Assembly: GCA_950097015.1 (NCBI GenBank)
Contig: CATNEN010000003.1
Location: forward strand, 3,782,001-3,846,000
Source of the DNA: Macrostomum hystrix
Lineage: Eukaryota; Animalia; Platyhelminthes
Length of the DNA: 64,000 bases
Direction of reading: 5' to 3'
In this document: positions 24,419 to 36,500 of the stretch, in pieces
How positions within the stretch are numbered: the stretch's first letter is position 1
Layout of the letters: every line of letters begins with the position of its first letter
Program-made: the position numbers and the translations under genes
Notes under the pieces: generated by a model
What the model was told of the DNA's origin: nothing
Database searches by the model: none
What the model saw: the letters and a program-made list of their open reading frames with translations, nothing else

Positions 24419-24879
24419 ATAAGCATTACATTATTTACTTATATGTATACAAAAGTCTTAAATTTTCTAATCTTTTATTGTTTAAACCTTCTTCACTGCT
24501 TTGCTTAGACTTAGAGAATAGTAATTAACTTGGGCCTAGTAACTTGAAATATTAAACAATTTAAATGAAAAATGTATTAAAAATCTCAGAATTTTGTCAC
24601 ATATGACTACTGGCTATGACAGCTTAAGTCAAGCCAAAAATTGAATTTATAATGTGCTGCGAGATTTACTTAGTTTTAACCTAAAATAAAAAATAAAATG
24701 TCTGTATGTATGATAACTTTTAATAGCTATCAGGCTGTGAAATTTACTTGAGTCTTTAAAAATGGTTACTATTGTTTATAAAGCAAATAAGGTTTATCAA
24801 TTATCATGGTCTATTAGACTTACTTAACACAGTCTTTATTTCCATAAATTTTGCAGCACAAAACTGCTTCAATAAGGCT

Positions 24880-26222
24880 ATGCCAAGTATGCCATCTGTA
24901 GCCATGATGGATGAACAAATCTTAGACGTCTGGAAGGGCAACCTGAATGTGGGCATGAAGCGACTGCGAACTTTAGCAAAGAAATATCACTACGTGGCTA
25001 TTGTGAGTGTTTCCCTGTAAACTGTTATATTGCGGCCCTATTTGAGTTTTAGTACATTTTTTATATACTATCACTACTGCCCACTCAGGACACAGAATTT
25101 CCTGGCGTTATCGCCCGACCATATGGCACCTTTGAGAACAACCAGGAATATCAGTACACCAACCTCAAGGCCAATGTTGACATGCTCAAGCCCATACAGA
25201 TTGGCTTCTCATTTTTTAACGACGCCGGCGAATCCGCCGATCCAATCTCTACGGTGCAGTTTAACTTTTTGTGGAATCAGGACAGCGAGGCGCATGCTCA
25301 GGATAGTATAGATCTGCTCAACCTGTCTGGCATTGATTTTGAAAAACTCAAAGTTGAAGGCATCGATTCCGCTGAGTTTGCTGAACTGTTTATTAGCTCT
25401 GGATTGGTTTTGAATGACCAGGTTTGTTAAATTGTCATTTTAAATACAAATAGTAATTTTTCAAATCCGATATGTATCGAAAATCGCATACTTAATACCT
25501 CGACACTGCAGATCACTTGGCTGTGCTTTCACTCTCCATTCGACTGGGCCTACGTTATGAAGCTGTGCACAGCTCAGCGCTGCATGCCGCCAAGTCTGCA
25601 GGAATTCACTGAGAGTCTGAGCCTATTCTTTCCAAACATTGTCGACATCAAGGTGCTGATGAAGCGGTGCAAGAATTTAAAAGGCGGTCTCCAGGAGGTG
25701 GCTGATCAGTTGGACGTTCAACGCATCGGATCGCAGCACCAGGCCGGATCTGACGCCAAAATCACAGGCGACGCCTATTTCAAGATCATTGATGTAAGTG
25801 GCTCTCAGATATAGTCCATGGACCTCTTGGGAGTGGAAAGATGCAAGACTATGTTTCTTAGAAAACATTTTAGCTGCAGATTCGAACCCACGATCTTTTT
25901 GATATTAAGTCGTTCGCTTTACCATGGACGGAAAACTAATTAAAAGAGAGTGGCTTTTTTAAACTCGCCTTTCATCCAGATGTACTTCGAAGGAAAAGTG
26001 GACACTAGCTTAGTTGGCCTAGTCTGGGGCCTCCACGAGAGCGGCAGTTCCACTGGCAATGGCATCAACTCCTGGGTGCCGACTACTGTCGCTTCGTCTA
26101 TCGGCGGCTACGACGGCTCATCTGGCGCCGGCGCCCTCAACGGCTCTGGCGGGGGCAGTGCGGCATCCAGCCAACCAAGTTCTCACCGCGCTAGCCCTGT
26201 ACCAGTTCAGGAGAGCAGCTGA
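24880..26222 (+). CDS. CNOT7: CAF1/POP2 deadenylase (CCR4-NOT subunit 7/8-like), ~326 aa
   Basis: Exons 24880-25002, 25089-25421, 25512-25793 and 25980-26222. DEDDh motifs VAI|[24 protein letters not shown] and HQAGSD. CNOT7 versus CNOT8 cannot be separated for an invertebrate gene. Confidence 0.93.
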
Positions 26223-27171
26223 GTGAACAACCTGAATGAGATTTAATTCATAAAATTATTAAATAGCGAATCAATAAAAGGAAATCTGTGTTTTTATTTT
26301 TTCCAACTTTTGGTCCCACAGTGTTTTAGTTTTTAAAAAGTAATATAGGATAATATAACGTAACTGGCAGTTACGTTTGTTTTCTTATTAAGTTACTTTC
26401 AGCTTTAAACGTTAGTTTTTTTCAAATAATTGAAATGGCACTTACACAGCTGCTCTACTTCTCGTATCTTTAAAAGTAACGAAATTCATAAAGTTTTTTA
26501 ATTTAACGAACGTTTCTTGCAAGCGAAAGTAACGATTCTAAATTTGTACGCCCCTAGTTACACATTTTCCATTGCCATATTCAGTAATTTATTAAGTGTT
26601 CCGCTTATGTTTGCTGTTGTGTCGATATTATTTCTTTAGGGTTAGCTCTACAACTCTAATAATAATCATAAACCTCATGTTTGTTAATCTACTTAATTAC
26701 TGCTAATTGCAATTAGTTCTGTTATTTAAATTAATTTTTTTAATTTTACAGCTTTTCCATAGCGCCTAATCTGTACTACTTGAAAAAAAACTAATAATTT
26801 TCTGAGTGGTTTTTCTGTTCTCCTTGTTTTCATCTTTGTCATGTACCTCATTTCTAATCTAATATATCCTTATTTTGCTTTCATCTGTTTTTTCTCCATC
26901 TAAAATTAATATTATTAATACTCTTCGCTAAAATATTTACATAAATCGTTTGTTAGACTGTTCGGTTACCTTGACGACAAAAGTCATTCTTTTGTGTTAA
27001 AATGTCAGCATTGAACTGATGATGGATTGGGGAGGGTGAGTTGGAGGTTTGCTTAAGCATGCAATCAGCGGACTCACTGTTGTCATTTTCGGTCGTTTAG
27101 CATGTGTTCTGCTGCGTAATCATTTTTGGTAGGTTGTTTAGGTCAATAACGATTTCCGTTCAAGACCCGTT

Positions 27172-27386
27172 TGTAATTTGGTGGCGTCATTGACCTCTTA
27201 GGTAATTTGGTGGGGTCATTGACCTCTTAGGTAATTTGGTGGGGTCATTGACCTCTTAGGTAATTTGGTGGGGTCATTGACCTCTTAATAATTTGTGGGG
27301 TCATTGACCCCTTGGGTAAGTTGTTGGTGTCATTGACCTTTTAGGTAATTTGGTGGGGTCATTGGCCCCTTAGGTAATTTGGTGGT
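27172..27386. repeat. ~29-bp tandem repeat (GGTAATTTGGTGGGGTCATTGACCTCTTA)
   Basis: About 7 degenerate units. Confidence 0.9.
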
Positions 27387-29316
27387 TAAAGGACATATTT
27401 TCTTTACTGAGGTCGCTAGTCATTCAATTTTTCAATGGGATCAATAGCCATATGGGATAGTGCTCCTAGAAATTGCGTGAAAATGCTTGATGACCGCATT
27501 TTTCTTTTATAAGGAAAGTTTTTAATGTTTGATACACACGCTGTCTGATGCAGCCAGTGTATTGTCCGGTGTTGTACGTAATGCACTCAATTCTGCCACT
27601 GCATGCGTGTCCTAAAATTTGTTGGCAGCGCAAGTTTCTTATTTTGTTGATTTTTTTAATTCTTAAGGAGTTTAGAAAAATAAGAAAATTAACAACAAAA
27701 AGTTATATTTGTTTGTTGCAGCAATATGTTGGTTAAGACTGTGATAGATTGACAATTCCTTCATTAATTTTCTTTATGATTGTAATTACACTCTTAGTAC
27801 AAAAAACTTCTGCTGCTGCTGCTGCTGCTACTACATCTGACTCCACCCTTCCCAGTATCGTTGAAGATTTTCAGTGAAGCCAAACAATTAATTTACCTGA
27901 CTAATTCTGGGCATGTGTCCAATATGTATGATGCGAGATAAAGCGAAGATTTTTTTGTTATAATTTCTGGCGTAAATTTAAATTCTGTCTCACTAATTAA
28001 GGCTTTAATTCTAAATTAACATTCATATTCTGCTCCTTAAGGTAATAATAGATTTACTATAATTAAAAGCAACTGTTAAGTTTATTGAATAAAGTTCATT
28101 ACTCTGTTCAGTGATTGTAAAAATCATTCACTCACTTATCAGCTATTGAAATTTATAGATACTTATAAATAATATGGCGATTTTGTTTGTTTATTGTAGT
28201 CCAGCTTTTGTAATCCTGTAGTGTTCGTAGTCTGCTCCCTATTTATATATGCGTGTCTCATTGTTGTGCATCAATTTTGCCAAGCTTTCGAGCTATTTGT
28301 TGTACATAAAGCAAAGTTCGTAGGCATTCATTCTTTAATTATTCTATTGTATCCCCTGCCCCTGTCTGTCTCTGTCTTATAATAAATAAACTTGAATTTG
28401 AAAAAACCATTAAAACGATTTAAACAGTTCTTGAATTCGTATGCTTCTATAGCTTCTTTCTTTTGAATATACTCGGCTCTAATTAGTCTGCGTTTGTTTG
28501 ACTGACTCTTATTGGTCAGGCGGGGACGAAATTCCGCGTACATGTATTTGCTTGACGCTTATTGGTCAGGCGGTTAGACTAGCGGGGACGAAATTATGCG
28601 TACAATTTTTCACTCGACTCTCATTCGTCGGGGGTTTAGACTTTAGCGGGGGAACAAACTTTACTACACATTTCGCATTTTCAATGTTGTAAAACTGTTT
28701 AGAAAAGTTCAGAAAAGAAAAACGTATGAACGAGCGTATAAAAAAAAAATGAATATAGAAATTTTAAGCGGTTAAAAAACCTTAGCAAGCAACCAGGTGG
28801 TTATAGCCACTGTGCTGTCAACAGGAATATATTTAAATATCATTTGTTATGTTAAAAATTCATTTTTTCTTCTGTAAATACTGCGAACCCTAGTAGCGTG
28901 TTGTTCATTATACAGTGTAAAAATGTCCATTTTAATGGATAAGAAGAGGATAGCTATTGGGTGGGTTACTTTAAAACAGTTGAGCTGTTAATAACAAATA
29001 CTAAAAATAGAATTTTTTGTTTCTTGGAAATCCTGTTAAAAACAACACTACTTAAAATAATATATAACATTTTTTATCACAGCTGAATTCAACAGCAGTG
29101 CGTTGTGCGCCTTGCTAGGAATATATTGTTAAAATTGTTATTTATAGTGTGTTGCAAACAATGTTCGCACACGACCGACTCAAATGGTAAACATTATTGT
29201 AGGTTCTCAGTCTGCATACACGGATAACATAATTTGAATTTGAGTTGTTTTTTCTATTTTTGTCTTATTTAATTTGGTTGCCATTGGTCTCAGTGTGTCT
29301 CGTGAAGTCCACTAAT

Positions 29317-30353
29317 TCAAGGATCGTGTCGACTGCGCCAATAGGACACTGCGTTATCGAAAAATTCCTTTGTTAGCCAATAGCAGCTCAGCTGCTTAAC
29401 ATTTCTGGAGCTGAAAATGATTGACGAAGAAACGGGGTGAGGCGGATTGTCGAAGATGTGTGGAGACAACCAATCAGAATCGAGCTGAGAGATAAGGGGT
29501 AAAAAATAATAATAGCAGGCTCTTGGGCCATGGCACATCATTTGGTAACACTGGACCCGCAGCCAGCGAGGAGGCAATTCTGCCCATTCCGCTGACTCCT
29601 GAGCACACACGCACACAGATACCGTACGCAGGCACACGCTCACACAGGTGTGTACAGTTGTCATCTTGGAGGTTGGCCAAGGGCGTAAATTGCGCGACAA
29701 GCTTCAAAGCCTTCCCTCCGCGGCTGCGCCCCAAATGAATGTGGCCTCGCCGCGGAATCAAGCTCAGGGACATTGTTGCGAGAGGCAAACGTGATAATCG
29801 CTCTGCCACCGACCCCATGAGATAAGGGGGTAAGGGTCGCAACGGTAACGCGTCCGACTGTCGCTGCGAGGTCCGTATCACGTGACAGCTCTCAGCCAAT
29901 CAAGACATTCACGGTGTGTGAAACATTCTTTATAGCCAATAGAAGGTTGTCCTCAAGGCTCGTACTAATAATTCATCAGCTCACCTGGAGCCGTCGACAA
30001 ATTTCACATTGACGGTGGAGTCTGCGTTGACAGACATCACCCAGCCGGGCAGGAAGATGATATTCCTTGCGATCTGGGCCAGCACTCGGTCGCCTTCGTG
30101 CAGGGCGCAGCGGCGCGACAGGCCGCCGAAGATGAACTCGAGCGCCTGCACCGCCTGATGACCATCGGAGAATTCGACGACATACTGGCGACCGCTGCCG
30201 ACTCGGTTCTTCACAGTGGCTGTCGGGTGCGGGTTTAGGAGCTACTTGATATTCGACAGGACTAGCTAGCGGCTTCAGTTATGTCAGTTTGTAAGCCCAG
30301 TTTTTCAAACTTATACACCACCCTCCACTCTACCGTCTCCTTTTTTCCAAGCT

Positions 30354-30389
<36 letters not shown>

Positions 30390-33300
30390 ATTGATTTTTC
30401 TCGTCATTTAAAACTTTACATATACACAGCCTATCGCGTCAAATAAAAACCGTTTTTTCTGCCAAGACGAAGAAATTTAAATTGAAAATATCGGCAAATT
30501 TAAATTTAACGTCTGCATTTGTTTTTTACTCCCTCTTTCCCTACGATCTCTCCCTCTCTCTCTACGATCTCTCCCTCTCTCTCTACGATCTCTCCCTCTC
30601 TCTCTCTCTACGATCTCTCCCTCCCTCTCTCTACGATCTCTCCCTCCCTCTCTCTACGATCTCTCCCTCTCTCTCTACGATCCCTCCCTCCCTCTCTCTC
30701 TACGATCTCTCCCTCCCTCTCTCTACGATCTCTCCCTCTCTCTCTACGATCTCTCCCTCCCTCTCTCTACGATCTCTCCCTCTCTCTCTACGATCCCTCC
30801 CTCCCTCTCTCTCTACGATCCCTCCCTCCCTCTCTCTACGATCTCTCCCTCCCTCTCTCTACGATCTCTCCCTCTCTCTCCCTCTCTCTCTACGATCTCT
30901 CCCTCTCTCTCTACGATCTTTCCCTCTCTCTCTACGATCTCTCCCTCTCTCTTCCTCTCTCTCTACGATCTCTCCCTCTCTCTTCCTCTCTCTCTACGAT
31001 CTCTCCCTCTCTCTCTCTACGATCTTTCCCTCTCTCTCTACGATCTCTCCCTCTCTCTTCCTCTCTCTCTACGATCTCTCCTTCTCTCTCCCTCTCTCTC
31101 TACGATCTCTCCCTCTCTCTCCCTCTCTCTCTACGATCTCTCCCTCTCTCTCCCTCTCTCTCTACGATCTCTCCCTCTCTCTCCCTCTCTCTCTACGATC
31201 TCTCCCTCTCTCTCTCTACGATCTCTCCCTCTCTCTTCCTCTCTCTCTACGATCTCTCCCTCTCTCTCTACGATCTCTCCCTCTCTCTCCCTCTCTCTCT
31301 ACGATCTCTCCCTCTTTCACTTTCTTTCTATCACTTTATTCTAACTGGCTCCCTTTTTTCGATATCCCTGATCACTTTCCTTTTCACTATATTTCTCTGA
31401 TAACGCTGACTAACAAGTCCGCCTACCAGGCAAATAGCAGCCAGTCCTGTTGACCCTGGCAATCACCGCCTTGTCCACCCAGAGCTTCTCCCGGTGAATG
31501 ATGTACTCGACAGCGTATTCAAAAGCTCCGCCGTCGATTGCGTAACACTCCTGACGGGGCAGGCGGACCTCGCTGCCGTCGTAGAAGCGAACAGTCACCC
31601 ACATTGTCCCGGAATCCTGCCCGATAATAACTCCAGGAGCATAGCTGTTTGAGTAGGCGGGGTGCAGTGCGACCACTGTGCTGCCGTGCTGGAATGCATG
31701 AGTGAGGATATGAGCTGGTGCTATGCTCGGTTCGGTCTAACATCTTGTCCAACACGTTGATTCATAAGTCTAACATGTATTTTAACATGTCTAACATGTG
31801 GCTTAGCCTTGTCTAACATGTGGCTTAGCCTTGTCTAACAGGTGGCTTAGCCTTGTCTAACAGGTGGCTTAGCCTTGTCTAACATGTGGCTTAGCCTTGT
31901 CTAACATGTGGCTTAGCCTTGTCTAACAGGTGGCTTAGCCTTGTCTAACATGTGGCTTAGCCTTGTCTAACATGTGGCTTAGCCTTGTCTAACATGTGGC
32001 TTAGCCTTGTCTAACATGTGGCTTAGCCTTGTCTAACATGTGGCTTAGCCTTGTCTAACATGTAGCTTTGCCTTGTCTAACATGTGGCTTGTCTAACATG
32101 TGGCTTGTCTAACATGTAGTTTAACCTTGTCTAACATTTACTTTAACCTGTCTAACAAGTAGCTGAACCTGTCTAACATGTACATTTTAATTGAATGTAC
32201 TTAGTATCAGTACTCAGACGCATACAATGCTATTTAGTTTATTAGGAAGTGAGAAATGGCATCTGTGATGACAATAGCATCTCATCAGAATGAGTGAGAA
32301 AAAGTTATTATAGTTCATAGTCATTTTCATATTTCACGATGTGCTTTTTATGGTGTAAAATGACTTGTGCTTTAATAGATTTTTACTTTTTTGAGTTGGT
32401 CATAATTTACTGTTTAGAAGAAGTTTTTAGACTGAATAAGCAGAAGAAAACAAGGAAAAAAAAGATTTTTTTGTCTAAGAAGAAATATGTAATAATTTAC
32501 ATTCAGAGACGATAAACTTACGTTTGGAAACAGCTGAAAATGTAAAAATATGAATATAATTGCCATTTATTTATTTTAATCGCTGCTATCCGCAATCTAT
32601 TGAATTGTGCCAGTCAAAAGTACATAACAAGCAATGTTTCTAAGAAACTCAAGAGTTAGATTGGCAGAAATGGCTTGTAGGCTTTCTGTGCAATTCACAC
32701 CCTACGGGGGCCAATCTACAATGCACAGTGAGAGTGTACACTGCCTGACGATGAGAAAGTAAGATCTGATGTACACACCTGTGTTGAGCGTGTGCCTGCG
32801 TACAGTATCTGTGTGCGTGCGTGTACAGACGCAGGAGGAGTGACTGGGCACACTTGTCTGAATAAGTAAGGTAAATAAAGTAAATACTGGTTGCTATGGT
32901 AAATACTGGTTGCTATGGTGAATAATGGTTGCTATGATAAATACTAGATGCTATGGTAAATACTGGTGCTATGGTAAAAACTAGTTGCTACGGTAAATAC
33001 TGGTTGCTATGGTAAATACTGGTTGCTATGGTAAATACTGGTTGCTTTGGCAACCAGTATCGTATCTGTGTGCCCAGGAGTCAGCGGAATGGGCAGAATT
33101 ACCACCTCGCTGGCTGCGGGTCTAGTGTCACCAAATGATGTGCCATTGCCTGCAGCCCTCCGGCAAATAATATTTATATTTTTATTATCCCTGACACAAA
33201 ATTCTGTGATCAAATAAATAATGGACTGACCTCCAGAGTCGTGCCGGCATCGTCTCCCTCCCTGATGATCTGGCTCCTATCAGCAGTGGCGCTCTGCCTC

Positions 33301-33496
33301 GATCCGTCTTCAACAACGTAGCGACGATTGGCGCCGTTGACCGCGACTCCGTCGTTGTCATCGTCTTGATCTGGGGCAGGTCCGACAATCACGCAGCGAT
33401 AGTACCAGCCGTCGTCCGACCAGCGGGCCAGGACTTCCTCGCCAGATTTCAGCTCGCTCCTGTCCGGCTGTCTCTTCTTCTGCTGAGGCGGTGGCG

Positions 33497-33528
<32 letters not shown>

Positions 33529-36500
33529 AGTTGGCGCTGCCGCTGCCGCTGCCGACCAGAGTCCGGCGGACCTTGTCTGCCCTGCTGACTCACCGAGTCA
33601 TCCGGCTGGATGGCTGCCGATACGTTTTAGAGAGCGGGCGATCAGCCGTTAAGCCAGAAACGTCCTAGTGTCTTATTTTCATACTGTCGTCAAGCCTTTC
33701 TCCTTAAGTCGATCCTCACGTCACTCCTCCAGTCACTCCTCCAGTCACTCCTCTAGTCACTCCTCCAGTCACTCCTCCAGTCACTCCTCCAGTCACTCCC
33801 GTCTGCTCCGGTCACTCGTCAAGTTACTTTTGTCCGCCTCAGTCACTCACCATCTTGCTCACTCTGTCTGCTAGCCAGTCTAGCCAGCTCAGACGAAGTC
33901 TCCTCGTCAGCAGGCCTTAACTCCAGCCGCTGTGGCGGTCGGGAGCTACCAATCTCGCCGCCGGCCTCCGCCTCCCGGATCTCTTCGAACTGGTTGCCAT
34001 CGTCAGCCGCTTCGTCGTCCGGCGATCGATCGCGGCGATCGCCTCGATGACGGCTGCTGCTGTGTCGACGCCTGTGATGCTTTGATCTGCTTTTATCGTT
34101 CTGCAATTTATTTGCGAAACAAGTCGTTACTAAGCTGCAGTTACTGGTACAGGTACCAGTTGCAAAGGCGATACAGGTTGCCGTGATTACTTTGGTAAAT
34201 ACTGGTTGTTATGGTAAATACTGGTTGCTATGGTAAATACTGGTTGCTAGGGTAAATACTGGTTGCTATGGTAAATACTGGTTGCTATGGTAAATACTGG
34301 TTGCTATGGTAAATACTGGTTGCTATGGTAAATACTGGTTGCTATGGTAAATACTGGTTGCTATGGTAAATACTGGTTGCTATGGTAAATACTGGTTGCT
34401 AAGGTAAATACTGGTTGCTATGGTAAATACTGGTTGCTATGGTAAATACTGGTTGCTACGGTAAATACTGGTTGCTACGGTAAATACTGGTTGCTTTGGT
34501 AGATGTTGGTTGGTTTGGTTATAACTTGTTGCTGCGGAAAACACCTATTGCTTCGCGCGTTACAAGTTCGTTAATTTAGAAAAATATCGTTGCTAAGTAG
34601 AAAATACAGGTCGCTATAGACGCACCTGCAGCTGCTGGATCTGTTTCTCCAGGCTATGGATTCTCTCCTGAGCTCCGCGCGACTCGGAGTCCTGAGCCGA
34701 CTGCAGCTTGTCCAGCTGTCGCCGCAGCCGTCTGATTTCGTCTCTAAGCGCATCAACTTCTTCCGATTTCTCTCGATCGCGCTGGGTGGTCGGCGGCTCT
34801 TCATCGCCGGATTTGTCGCCACCGCGGCCGTCTCTCTCGCCGCTGCCGCTGCCGCTGCGGCATTTACTTAAGAGAGCTCGAGTCAGGAAGGTGTAGCGCG
34901 TCTCGCCGATTTTAATTAGACTCGATCGCATGCACTGGCACTGTTTTAAAACGATGAGGTACGTTACTTACAACTCAAACTTGATTGGCTGCTATTTTTA
35001 TAATGTCTTCTGGGGAATCCCGTACCTTATTAATATAATTTAATACAAATTTGAAAGTGAACTCTTACTGCCCAGAATAGTTGTCAGTAGCCAGTAGTGA
35101 ATAGTTTAAAAAGGCGATTTATATATCTCAAAAATGTTGGGGGTTGTAGCCCACTGGTTCGCTCGAGCGTCGGTCTAGCGACTTGAAGGTCAGGGGTTCG
35201 ATTCCCGACTCCACTATAATAATTTGTGTTCTCTAGCAAGTTAACTCTGCATTGCTTTAGTTCACCCAGCTGTTAAATGGGTACCAGCCAGCATTAGCTG
35301 GGGTAATTTAGGGTTGGTGTGGCGTCTCCCCAGTCCATGGACTGAACCGCGGTACGCAGCCAATTTTGATACGCCGCGAAATAGCTGCGGCTGTGCTGTC
35401 GCATCTGGTCCAATTGAAGGCCACTGACCTTCTTTCCATTGTAGAGTCGGACACAGTAGAGTTTGTGACCGCGGCTCTCATCCTGCGCTGGCACCAGAAC
35501 TCGGGCCGGCGCGAAGCAGATCACGCGATTCTTCAGATTGCGCACCTGAGCCAGCACGGTGTCGTTGGTCTGAAATTATTTAGGAAGTTAAATTGATACA
35601 TAGTTTCTAATACCGTAATCCGATATGTATCGAAATGACCTCTTTCTCAAAGGATAAGTCCATGTCAAGCAATCGACAATTGAGCAACTTTTTAAATTTT
35701 TGCAAAAAAACCGATATGTATCGAAATATTTAGACAGTTATTGTACATTTTTTTCTTAACCTTTCCGATGTGTATCGAGACGAACACTTTCACAAATGAT
35801 AAATTCGTGTCAAACAACCCACAAAAATCAACCTTTTAATTTGGAGTAGAGAATCCGATATGTATTGAAAAATGGAACTAACATTTTTTTACAAAACCAA
35901 AAAACATTGCAGATTATTACAAATCCACTGTTAGCCTATATGCATTTAAACAGCTCTTCAACATTGCACCTAAAATTCATGCCTTTTGTAAAAGAAATTC
36001 ACCGATATGTATCGAAAAATTCTTATCTAGGGGTTCGAACCCATGTTCTTACCCGGAGAATGGGATAACTCAGCGCTCCGCAGATGGGGATGCAGAATCT
36101 GGTGGGCACAAGGCTGGCCTCCTTGGGCAGCTCGTCGTACCGAATCCTAGCGGTCCGCATGTCCGGACAGCATTCGACCAGGCCGGCATAGTACAGCCCG
36201 TCCTCTTCGTTGCGCGCAATGACCCGCTGGCCGCGCAGTGAGTCCAGGGCGCGCCGCTCGGCTTCGCGCTGCTGAGCAGAGGTCGCCTGGTCGCGCTTCG
36301 CCGCCGCGGGATCGGCTGATTTCGCCGGCTTTGATTTCGGCTTCGATTTCGTTTTCGGCTTCGAAGTCGACTTTGAACTTTTCTTCTGCTGCTGCTGCTG
36401 TTGCTGCCTGGGCGGCATCCTTTGATCAGTCTGGCAAGTGCAATTGGACTTTTGCGACAATTTGTCTTCTTGCTCCGCTGGTGTTGTTCGATCTTCAACT

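Noticed and set aside
28495-28670. Possible DNA transposon end with short internal direct repeats
   Set aside because: No matching opposite terminus or TSD found.
29545-29590. HDV-like ribozyme in SINE family 1 (minus-strand GCCUCCUCGCUGGC equals HDV P3/L3)
   Set aside because: No 7-nt P1 strand followed by GG, and no J4/2 or P2 partner found. The double pseudoknot cannot be drawn.
30482-31453. Leu/Ser-rich ORFs
   Set aside because: CT-rich intronic repeat.
35146-35215. tRNA gene (also 25860-25930, 44700-44740, 60905-60940)
   Set aside because: B box present but no complete cloverleaf. These look like SINE heads or remnants.
35620-36018. CRISPR-like repeat-spacer array
   Set aside because: Eukaryotic intron, 16-bp repeat, irregular and mutually similar spacers, no cas genes.
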